A stretch of 64,000 bases of DNA from Candidatus Poribacteria bacterium (GTDB lineage: Bacteria > Poribacteria > WGA-4E > WGA-3G). The notes beneath the pieces were generated by a model, which was not told the DNA's origin, ran no database searches, and saw nothing but the letters and a program-made list of their open reading frames with translations. The position numbers were made by a program, and so were the translations under genes. The stretch spans positions 288,001 through 352,000 of the forward strand of contig CAXXUA010000006.1 of the NCBI GenBank assembly GCA_963663765.2, written 5' to 3'. Below, one piece after another: positions 49,951-59,012 of the stretch (position 1 is the stretch's first letter; the number at the start of each line of letters is the position of its first letter).

Positions 49951-51840
49951 CTACTTAATCTCCCACAGCAGCAACTGCCCCTTCTCATCCCGGCTTGCCA
50001 ACGTCGTGCTGAACGCAGCGAATTCCAGTTGAACAATAGTGTCATTACCACCAGTAAACGTCTGCAGCACCGCACCTATCGTGGCATCCAAGATGTTAAT
50101 CATCCCTTGAGAATACCCCACCGCGAGTTTCTCCCCATCCGGATGATACGCAATGCAACTCACAATAAGCTTCGGTTGCCCAAAATGTGCTTTGACCCTA
50201 TATGTGCTGGTGTCCAACAGATGAATGTTGCCGCGTCGGTCAGCAATTGCGAGTGTGTTCCCATCCGGACTATAGGCAACACACCTTATGTCGTTTATCT
50301 GCGGTTTGATGTCAGGTTTTCTCTCGCCAGTGTTCGCATCCCAGAAACACACCTTCCTATCATAACTGACAGTCACAAGCGTCTTCTTATCCGGACTATA
50401 GGCGACATCACTAATACCATTTGAATGTTCTATAAGTGTCCGTTTCCTCAGATGTATGTTTGCATCCCACATCTGAACAGTCTTATTCTCGCAACCCATT
50501 ACCAGCGTGTTCCCATCCGGACTATAGGCGACACTTATAACACCATCACTATTCACCTCCAGTGTCTTTCCTCTTCTAATCTTGTTGCGATCCCACAGAC
50601 GGACTGTGCCGTCACGATTCGCAGTTGCTATCGTTCTGCCATCCGGACTGAACGCAACATCATAAACTAAGGTTTGTCGTCCGCTATTGTAAGTCTTTAG
50701 TAATTTGCCGGTCGCCGTATCCCAAAGACACATGTAGCTTACCCTACTCGGAGAGACGATGGACTTGCCATCCGGACTGAAAGCGAAACAGAAAAAACCG
50801 CCAAAATGTTCTTTTTCGGTGTGCCTGTTCTTACCGGTAGCAACGTCCCACACACGCAACGTGCCATCATGACTGCCACTCGCGATGGAACGCATATCGG
50901 GACTGAACGAAATCGCTCGAATTGGCTCGCGATGTCCTTTCAGAATTTGCTTCTGTTCGGCTGTGCTTGTCTGGTAAATTACAATTGAATTGAAGTTTTG
51001 ATCCGCAGCGAAGAGACTACCTTCTGGACTGAAAGCGATGCGGCTTGAACCTCCGAACTTACCAGCAATTGTATGTGTCTGTTTCCATGTCTCCGTGTTC
51101 CAGAGACTGACGGCACTAAACATACCCGAACCCGCCAAAGTTGTGCCATCCGGACTGAACACCAGAGACATAATAAACCCCGCATCTGTTTCAAGTGTGT
51201 GCTTGTGTTCGCCAGAAAGTAGGTCCCACAACTTCACTTGTTTGTGATAAGGTCCAGTCGCAAGCAACATATCTACGGTACTGATCGCATAAGTATGCAC
51301 ACCTTCATGCAGTTCTTTAATCTTACCAATTTCCTGCAGTTTTTTACCGGTATCAAGCGACCAATGTCTGATGTATCCAGCCTTGTCTACTGTCACAAGC
51401 AATTTCGCATCGGGTGTGATACCGACGACTTGGATATTGTCTTTGTCGTCAACAAGATCTTGAAGTTCATATTGAAGGTCTCCTGTTTTGCTGTTCCATA
51501 GATTGACATTACCCCTCATGTCCAGAGCGACAAGCCGTTCACCATCCGGACTGAACACGAGTTGGTCAACAGAGGTACGGGTATTCGTCAGCAAGTGCTG
51601 CGGTTGGAATGTGACCGCGTCGTATAGCCAAATGCCGTTAGATGTTGCCACCGCCAGCTGCCTGCCGTCAACACTGTATTTGACATCGTATATAAGTCCT
51701 TTACCGAGTCGTGCTCTTGCACCATCGGGTAAGCCGAAAAAGGTGTGCGGTTCTTGCGCAAAAACTTCGGGCAGGTAGAGTGTTGAAAAGCTCAAGATGA
51801 GTATGTATATTGTGATGTGTATTCGGTTTTTGGTTTGCAT
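49951..51840 (-). CDS. Secreted WD40-repeat protein, tandem copy 1
   Basis: MQTKNRIH signal peptide, LPDGARARLGKG, WD40 repeats; AGGAGG RBS. Confidence 0.88.
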   Translation of the reverse strand: MQTKNRIHITIYILILSFSTLYLPEVFAQEPHTFFGLPDGARARLGKGLIYDVKYSVDGRQLAVATSNGIWLYDAVTFQPQHLLTNTRTSVDQLVFSPDGERLVALDMRGNVNLWNSKTGDLQYELQDLVDDKDNIQVVGITPDAKLLVTVDKAGYIRHWSLDTGKKLQEIGKIKELHEGVHTYAISTVDMLLATGPYHKQVKLWDLLSGEHKHTLETDAGFIMSLVFSPDGTTLAGSGMFSAVSLWNTETWKQTHTIAGKFGGSSRIAFSPEGSLFAADQNFNSIVIYQTSTAEQKQILKGHREPIRAISFSPDMRSIASGSHDGTLRVWDVATGKNRHTEKEHFGGFFCFAFSPDGKSIVSPSRVSYMCLWDTATGKLLKTYNSGRQTLVYDVAFSPDGRTIATANRDGTVRLWDRNKIRRGKTLEVNSDGVISVAYSPDGNTLVMGCENKTVQMWDANIHLRKRTLIEHSNGISDVAYSPDKKTLVTVSYDRKVCFWDANTGERKPDIKPQINDIRCVAYSPDGNTLAIADRRGNIHLLDTSTYRVKAHFGQPKLIVSCIAYHPDGEKLAVGYSQGMINILDATIGAVLQTFTGGNDTIVQLEFAAFSTTLASRDEKGQLLLWEIK

Positions 51841-52139
51841 GTGTGTGTGCCTCCTGTGCGTTTTCTCAAGGTCGTTATATTTATTATACTCAACCTGCAG
51901 GATCATGACAAGGGGTTGTCTGAATTGCGTCCTCCGCGCTTTTGTCTGAATCAGGATTTTCAGGATTATCGGATTTCCAGGATGTCCCTTGTCAATGTTT
52001 TTTGATGTGCGTTTATGCTTACTTTTGAAATAGAATTTGATGAGAATAATCCTGGTAATCTGTCCATCCTAATTCAGACAATAAACAAGAATATCACAAG
52101 AGAAAAAGAACCCTACATGAACAGAAAAGGACAAACTAT

Positions 52140-54122
52140 TTACTCAATTTCCCACAGCAGCAACTGCCCCTGCCTATCCAGGCTTGCCAACGTCGTGCTG
52201 AACGCAGCGAATTCCAGTTGAAAAACTGAGGTGTCACCACCAGTAAACGTCTGCAGCACTGCACCTGTCGTGGCATCTAAGATGTTAATTTTCCCTTGAG
52301 AATACCCCACCGCGAGTTTCTCTCCATCCGGATGATACGCAATGCTACTCACAATAAGCTGCGGTTGCACAAAATGTGCTTTGACCATAGAGGTGCTGGT
52401 GTCCAACAGGTGAATGGTGCCGCGTTGGTCAACAATTGCGAGTGTGTTCCCATCCGGACTATAGGCAACACACATTATGTCCTTTATCTGCGGTTTGATG
52501 TCAGGTTTTCTCTCGCCAGTGTCCACATCCCAAGAACGTATCTTCCCATCATAACCGACAGTTGTAATCGTCTTGCTATTTGGACTATAGACGGCATCCT
52601 TAATACCATCATTGTCTGCCTTAAAACCATCTTTGTGTTCTCTCAGTGTCCGTTTCTTCTCTTGTATGTTTGCATCCCACACCTGAACAGTCATATCCCC
52701 GCAACCCATCGCAACCGTGTTCCCATCTGGACTATAGTCAATACACATAACACCCTTCCTATTCACCTCCAGCATTTTTCCCCTTCTAATCTTGTTGCGA
52801 TCCAACAAACGGATTGTGCCGTTCCGACTCGTCTTTGTTATCGTTCTACCATCCGGACTGAACGCAACATCAGAAACTAAGGTTTGTCGTCCTTTATTGT
52901 AAGTTTTTAGTAATTTGCCGGTCGCCGTATCCCAAAGACACATGTAGCTATCATCACTCGGAGTGACGATGAACTTGCCATCCGGACTGAGAGCGAAATA
53001 GGAAAAACCGCCAAAATGCTCTTTTTCAATATGCCTATTTTTGCCGGTAGCAATGTCCCACACACGCAACGTGCCATCACGACTGCCACTCGCCATAGAA
53101 CGCATATCGGGACTGAAAAATATTGCTTGAATGGTATCGCTATGCCCTTTCAGAATTTGCTTCTGTGCGGCTGTGCTTGTCTGATAGATTACAATTGAAT
53201 TGAAGTTTTGATCAACAGCGAACAGGCTACTTTCTGGACTGAAAGCGATGCTGCCTGAGCCACCGAACTTTCCAGCGATTGTGTGTGTCTTTTTCCACGA
53301 TTCCGTGTTCCAGAGACTGACACCACCGAAAATACCCGAACTCGCTAACGTTGTACCATCTGGACTGAACACCAACCGATCAGCAGACCACAATTCACCT
53401 ATCTCAAGCTTGTGCTTGTGTTCCCCAGAAACGAGATCCCATAACACCACTTTGTTAGCATTGTTAATAAAAGGAGTTCCAAACGCGAACAACAGATTTA
53501 CCGGACTGACGGCATAACTTCTCACACCCCGGTTCAGTTCTTTAGTCTTATCAATCTCGTGCAGTATTTTACCGGTATCAAGCGACCAATGTCTGATGTA
53601 TCCAATCCTATCTACTGTCACAAGCAATTTCGCGTCAGGCGTGATGCCGATGACTTGGACATCATTTTTGTGTAAAAGATGTTTGTGTATATGTTGATCT
53701 CGTTCTACAAGTTGGTCTTCGGCTACAAGTAGGTCTTCGGCTACAAGTTCATATTGATGCTCGCCTGTTCTGCTGTTCCACAGATTGACATTACCCCTCA
53801 TGTCCAGACCGGCAAGCCTTTCACCATCCGGACTGAACACGAGCTGGTCAACAGAGGCACGGGTATTCGTCAGTAAGTGATGCGGTTGGAAGTTGACCGC
53901 ATCGTATAGCCAAATGCCGTTAGATGTTGCCACCGCCAGCTGCCTACCATCAACACTGTATTTGACATCGTATATGATGCCTTTTCCGAGTCGTGCTCTT
54001 GCACCATCGGGTAAGCCGAAAAAGGGTTTCGGTTCTTGCGAAAAAACTTCGTGCCGGTAGAGTGTTGAAAGGGTCAAGATGAGTATGTATATTGTGATGT
54101 GTATTCGGTTTTTGGTCTGCAT
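52140..54122 (-). CDS. Secreted WD40-repeat protein, tandem copy 2
   Basis: Paralog of copy 1; start set at MQTK. Confidence 0.88.
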   Translation of the reverse strand: MQTKNRIHITIYILILTLSTLYRHEVFSQEPKPFFGLPDGARARLGKGIIYDVKYSVDGRQLAVATSNGIWLYDAVNFQPHHLLTNTRASVDQLVFSPDGERLAGLDMRGNVNLWNSRTGEHQYELVAEDLLVAEDQLVERDQHIHKHLLHKNDVQVIGITPDAKLLVTVDRIGYIRHWSLDTGKILHEIDKTKELNRGVRSYAVSPVNLLFAFGTPFINNANKVVLWDLVSGEHKHKLEIGELWSADRLVFSPDGTTLASSGIFGGVSLWNTESWKKTHTIAGKFGGSGSIAFSPESSLFAVDQNFNSIVIYQTSTAAQKQILKGHSDTIQAIFFSPDMRSMASGSRDGTLRVWDIATGKNRHIEKEHFGGFSYFALSPDGKFIVTPSDDSYMCLWDTATGKLLKTYNKGRQTLVSDVAFSPDGRTITKTSRNGTIRLLDRNKIRRGKMLEVNRKGVMCIDYSPDGNTVAMGCGDMTVQVWDANIQEKKRTLREHKDGFKADNDGIKDAVYSPNSKTITTVGYDGKIRSWDVDTGERKPDIKPQIKDIMCVAYSPDGNTLAIVDQRGTIHLLDTSTSMVKAHFVQPQLIVSSIAYHPDGEKLAVGYSQGKINILDATTGAVLQTFTGGDTSVFQLEFAAFSTTLASLDRQGQLLLWEIE

Positions 54123-54489
54123 GTGTGTGTGCCTCCTGTGCGTTTTCTCAAGGTTAATATATTTATTATACTCAACCTGCAGGAACATGGCAAGAGGATG
54201 TCTGAATTGCGTCCTCTGTGCTTTTGTCTGAACCGGGATTTTCAGGATTATCGGATTTCCAGGATGTCCCTTGTCAATGTTTTTTGATGTGCGTTTATGC
54301 TTACTTTTGAAATAGAATTTGATGAGAAAAATCCTGGTAATCTGCAAATCCCGGGGAATGCCATTGGGCGAATGCGCGTGTGGCATTCGCCATGATTCAT
54401 ACCGTTGATATGTGAATCCTGGTTCAGACAAAAAACAAGAATATCACAAGAGAAAAAGAACCCTACATCAACAGAAAAGGACAAACGAT

Positions 54490-56418
54490 CTACTCAATCT
54501 CCCACAGCAGCAACTGCCCCTGCTCATCCAGGCTTGCCAACGTCGTGCCGAACGCAGCGAATTCCAGTTGAACAATATAGTCGCCACCACCAGTAAACGT
54601 CTGCAGCACTGCACCTGTCGTGGCATCCAAGATGTTAATCATCCCTTGAAAATACCCCACCGCGAGTTTCTCCCCATCCGGATGATACGCAAGACAACTC
54701 ACAAAAAGCTGCGGTTGCCCAAAATGTGTGTCGACCATAGAGGTGCTGGTGTCTAACAGGTGAATGTTGCCGTGTCGATCAGCAATTGCGAGTGTGTTCC
54801 CATCCGGACTATAGGTAACACACCTTATGTCCTTTATCTGCGGTTTGATGTCAGGTTTTCTCTCACCAGTGTCCACATCCCAAGAACGCACCTTCCTATC
54901 ATAACCAACAGTTACAATCGTCTTGCTATTTGGACTATAGACGGCATCCTTAATACCATCATTGTCTGCCTTAATACCATCTTTGTGTTCCCTCAGTGTC
55001 CGTTTCTTCTCTTGTATGTTTGCATCCCACACCTGAACAGTATAATCCCCGCAACCCATCACAACCGTGTTCCCATCTGGACTATAGGCAATACACATAA
55101 CACCCTTCCTATTCACCTGCAGTGTCTTTCCCCTTCTGATTTTATTGCGATCCCACAAACGGACTGTGCCTTCATGACTCGCCGTTGCTATCGTTCTGCC
55201 ATCCGGACTGAACGCAACATCAGAAACCCCGTCTTGCCGTCCACTATTGTAAGTTTTTAGTAATTTGCTGGTCGCCGTATCCCAAAGACACATGTAGCTA
55301 TCACTACTCGGAGAGACGATGAACTTGCCATCCGGACTGAAAGCGAAACAGGAAAAATCGCCAAAATGTTCTTTTTCGGTGTGCCTGTTCTTACCGGTAG
55401 CAATGTCCCACACACGCAACGTACCATCAAAACTGCCACTCGCGATGGAACGCATATCGGGACTGAACGAAATCGCTTGAATTGGCTCGCGATGTCCTTT
55501 CAGAATTTGCTTCTGTTCAACTGGACGTATCTGATAGATACTAATTGTATTGAAGAGAAGATTCACAGCGAGCAGGCTACCTTCCGGACTGAAAGCGATG
55601 TCACTTGATTTTCCGAACGTGTGTATCTTTTCCCACGATTCCGTGTTCCAGAGACTGACACTACTAATAAACATCCCCGAATACGCTAACGTTGCACCAT
55701 CCGGACTGAACACCAATTGCACAGGCCACTTATTATCTACTTCAAGCATGTGCATGCGTTCCCCAGAAACCAGATCCCATAACTCCACTTTGTTGTCATT
55801 GCTTTTATTCATTCCAGTCGCAAGCAACATCTCTACTGGACTGATGGCATATCTTTTCACACGACGGCTCAGTTCTTTCGTCTTATCAATCTCGTGCAGT
55901 TTTTTACCGGTATCAAGCGACCAATGTCTGATGTATCCAGCCTTGTCTACTGTCACAAGCAATTTCGCATCAGACGTGATACCGACGACTTGGATATTGT
56001 CTTTGTCATCAATAAAATCTTGCATTTCATCTTTGTCTACAAGTTCATATTGATGCTCGCCTGTTCTGCTGTTCCATAGATTGACATTACCCCTCGTGTC
56101 CAGACTGACAAGCCGTTTACCATCCGGACTGAACACGAGTTGGTCAACAGTCGCACGGGTATTCGTCAGCAAGTGCTGCGGTTGGAATGTGACCGCATCG
56201 TATAGCCAAATGCCGTTAGTTGTTGCGACCGCCAGCTGCCTGCCGTCAACACTGTATTTGACATCGTTTATGATGCCTTTCCCGAGTCGTGCTCTTGCAC
56301 CATCAGGTAAGCCGAAAAAGGTGTGCGGTTCTTGCGCAAAAACATCGGGCAGGTAGAGTGTTGAAAGGGTTAAGATGAGTATGTATATTGTGATGTGTAT
56401 TCGGTTTTTTGTCTGCAT
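54490..56418 (-). CDS. Secreted WD40-repeat protein, tandem copy 3
   Basis: Paralog; start set at MQTK. Confidence 0.88.
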   Translation of the reverse strand: MQTKNRIHITIYILILTLSTLYLPDVFAQEPHTFFGLPDGARARLGKGIINDVKYSVDGRQLAVATTNGIWLYDAVTFQPQHLLTNTRATVDQLVFSPDGKRLVSLDTRGNVNLWNSRTGEHQYELVDKDEMQDFIDDKDNIQVVGITSDAKLLVTVDKAGYIRHWSLDTGKKLHEIDKTKELSRRVKRYAISPVEMLLATGMNKSNDNKVELWDLVSGERMHMLEVDNKWPVQLVFSPDGATLAYSGMFISSVSLWNTESWEKIHTFGKSSDIAFSPEGSLLAVNLLFNTISIYQIRPVEQKQILKGHREPIQAISFSPDMRSIASGSFDGTLRVWDIATGKNRHTEKEHFGDFSCFAFSPDGKFIVSPSSDSYMCLWDTATSKLLKTYNSGRQDGVSDVAFSPDGRTIATASHEGTVRLWDRNKIRRGKTLQVNRKGVMCIAYSPDGNTVVMGCGDYTVQVWDANIQEKKRTLREHKDGIKADNDGIKDAVYSPNSKTIVTVGYDRKVRSWDVDTGERKPDIKPQIKDIRCVTYSPDGNTLAIADRHGNIHLLDTSTSMVDTHFGQPQLFVSCLAYHPDGEKLAVGYFQGMINILDATTGAVLQTFTGGGDYIVQLEFAAFGTTLASLDEQGQLLLWEIE

Positions 56419-56505
56419 GTGTTTGTGCCTCTTGTGCGTTTTCTCAAGGTCAATATATTTATTATACTCAACCTGCAGGATCATGGCAAGGGGTTGTCTG
56501 AATTG

Positions 56506-56627
56506 CAGGGTTATTCAGTTTTAACCATTTTTTACATTTTTGTGAGAAAATCGCGACCGGGAGGTCGCTCCTACCGCGGGGTTTCTTTTTTGAAAAATCC
56601 AAAAATTAGGAAGACTGAATAACCCTG
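56506..56627. mobile_element. Short-form M1 MITE (122 bp), 9-bp TSD, carrying one REP
   Basis: CAGGGTTATTCAGT / ACTGAATAACCCTG; TSD TCTGAATTG at 56497-56505 and 56628-56636; empty sites near 51919, 54201 and 61042. Confidence 0.9.
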
Positions 56628-56746
56628 TCTGAATTGCGTCCTCCGCGCTTTTGTCTGAACCAGGATTTGTAAATCCTGGTTCAGACAATAAACAAGAATA
56701 TCACAAGAGAAAAAGAACCCTACATCAACAGAAAAGGACAAACGAT

Positions 56747-58684
56747 CTACTCAATCTCCCACAGCAGCAACTGCCCCTGCCCATCCAGGCTTGCCAACGT
56801 CGTGCCGAACGAAGCGAATTCCATTTGAATAATTGAGGTGCCACCACCAGTAAACGTCTGCAGCACCGCACCTGTCGTGGAATCTAAGATGTTAATCATC
56901 CCTTGAGAATACCCCACCGTGAGCTTCTCCCCATCCGGATGATACGCAAGGCTACTCACAGAAAGCTGCGGTTGCACAAAATGTGTGTCGACCATAGAGG
57001 TGCTGGTGTTCAACAGATGAATGGTGCCGCGTTGGTCAGCAATTGCAAGTGTGTTCCCATCCGGACTATAGGCAACACACCTTATGTCATTTATCTGCGT
57101 TTTAATGGAGGGTTTTCTCTCGCCAGTGTCCACATCCCAAAGACGTATCGTCGCACTAGCAGCAACAACCGCAAGCGTGTTCCCATTCGGATTATAGACG
57201 ACCTCCTTAATTCTATTTACATGTCCTCTAAATGTCCGTTTCTTCACTTGTATGTTTGCATCCCACACCTGAACAGTATCATCCCCGCAACCCATCGCAA
57301 CCGTGTTCCCATCTGGACTATAGGCAATACACATAACACCCTTCCTATTCACCTCCAGCATCTTTCCCCTTCTAATCTTGTTGCGATCCAACAAACGGAT
57401 TGTGCCGTTCCGACTCGTTGTTGTTATCGTTCTGCCATCCGGACTGAACGCAACATCAGAAACTAAGGTTTGTCGTCCTATATTGTAAGTTTTTAGTAAT
57501 TTGCCGGTCGCCGTATCCCAAAGACACATGTAGCTATCACTACTCGGAGAGACGATGAACTTGCCATCCGGACTGAAAGCGAAACAAGAAAAATCGCCAA
57601 AATGTTCTTTTTCGGTGTGCTTGTTCTTACCGGTAGCAATGTCCCACACACGCAACGTTCCATCACGACTGCCACTCGCGATGGAACGCATATCGGGACT
57701 GAACGAAATCGCTTGAATTCGCTCGCGATGTCCTTTCAGCATTTGCTTCTGTTCAACTGGATGTATCTGATAGATACTAATTGTATTGAAGAGAAACCCG
57801 ACGGCGAGCAGGCTACCCTCTGGACTGAAAGCGATGTCACTTGAATTGCCGATATTCGCACCGAACGTGTGTATCTTTTCCCACGATTCTGTGTTCCAGA
57901 GACTGACACCATCAAAGAGTCCAGAACTCGCAAACGTTGTACCATCTGGACTGAACACCAGCCGATCAGGTGACCATTCATCTACTTCAAGCGTGTGCAT
58001 GCGTTCCCCAGAAAGCAGATCCCACAACTCCACTGTGTTTTCATTGTTTTTATGAATACCAACCGCAAGCAACATATCCATCGGACTGATGGCATAACCT
58101 CTGTGACGACGGCTCAGTTCTTTAATCTTACCAATCTCGTGCAGTTTTTTACCGGTATCAAGCGACCAATGTTTGATGTAACCAGCACTGTCTCCTGTCA
58201 CAAGCGATTTCGCATCTTGCGTGATACCGACGACTTGGACATTGTCTTTGACTACAAGATGTTCGTGTATATGTTGATCCCCGTCTACAAGCCGAACTCG
58301 GTCTACAAGTTTATATTGATGCTCACCCGTTTTGCTGTTCCATAGATTGACATTACCCCTCTTGTCTAGACCGGCAAGCCGTTCACCATCCGGACTGAAC
58401 ACGAGTTGGTCAACAGAGGCACGGGAATTCGTCAGTAAGTGCTGCGGTTGGAATGTGACCGCATCGTATAGCCAAATGCCGTTAGATGTTGCCACCGCCA
58501 GCTGCCTGCCGTCAATACTGTATTTGACGTCGTATATAAGTCCTTTACCGAGTCGTGCTCTTGCACCATCAGGTAAGCCGAAAAAGGTGTGCGGTTCTTG
58601 CGCAAAGACTTCGGGCAGGTAGAGTGTTGAAAGGATCAAGATGAGTATGTATATTGTGATGTGTATTCGGTTTTTTGTCTGCAT
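56747..58684 (-). CDS. Secreted WD40-repeat protein, tandem copy 4
   Basis: Paralog; start set at MQTK. Confidence 0.88.
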   Translation of the reverse strand: MQTKNRIHITIYILILILSTLYLPEVFAQEPHTFFGLPDGARARLGKGLIYDVKYSIDGRQLAVATSNGIWLYDAVTFQPQHLLTNSRASVDQLVFSPDGERLAGLDKRGNVNLWNSKTGEHQYKLVDRVRLVDGDQHIHEHLVVKDNVQVVGITQDAKSLVTGDSAGYIKHWSLDTGKKLHEIGKIKELSRRHRGYAISPMDMLLAVGIHKNNENTVELWDLLSGERMHTLEVDEWSPDRLVFSPDGTTFASSGLFDGVSLWNTESWEKIHTFGANIGNSSDIAFSPEGSLLAVGFLFNTISIYQIHPVEQKQMLKGHRERIQAISFSPDMRSIASGSRDGTLRVWDIATGKNKHTEKEHFGDFSCFAFSPDGKFIVSPSSDSYMCLWDTATGKLLKTYNIGRQTLVSDVAFSPDGRTITTTSRNGTIRLLDRNKIRRGKMLEVNRKGVMCIAYSPDGNTVAMGCGDDTVQVWDANIQVKKRTFRGHVNRIKEVVYNPNGNTLAVVAASATIRLWDVDTGERKPSIKTQINDIRCVAYSPDGNTLAIADQRGTIHLLNTSTSMVDTHFVQPQLSVSSLAYHPDGEKLTVGYSQGMINILDSTTGAVLQTFTGGGTSIIQMEFASFGTTLASLDGQGQLLLWEIE

Positions 58685-58771
58685 GTGTGTGTGCCTCCTG
58701 TGCGTTTTCTCAAGGTTAATATATTTTTTATACTCAACCTGCAGGATCATGACAAGGGGTTGTCTGAATTG

Positions 58772-58893
58772 CAGGGTTATTCAGTTTTAACCATTTTTTA
58801 CATTTTTGTGAGAAAATCGCGACCGGGAGGTCGCTCCTACCGCGGGGTTTCTTTTTTGAAAAATCCAAAAATTAGGAAGACTGAATAACCCTG
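58772..58893. mobile_element. Short-form M1 MITE, same sequence and site as 56506-56627
   Basis: Same TIRs and TCTGAATTG duplication. Confidence 0.9.
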
Positions 58894-59012
58894 TCTGAAT
58901 TGCGTCCTCCGCGCTTTTGTCTGAACCATGATTTGAAAATCCTGGTTCAGACAATAAACAAGAATATCACAAGAGAAAAAGAACCCTACATCAACAGAAA
59001 AGGACAAACGAT

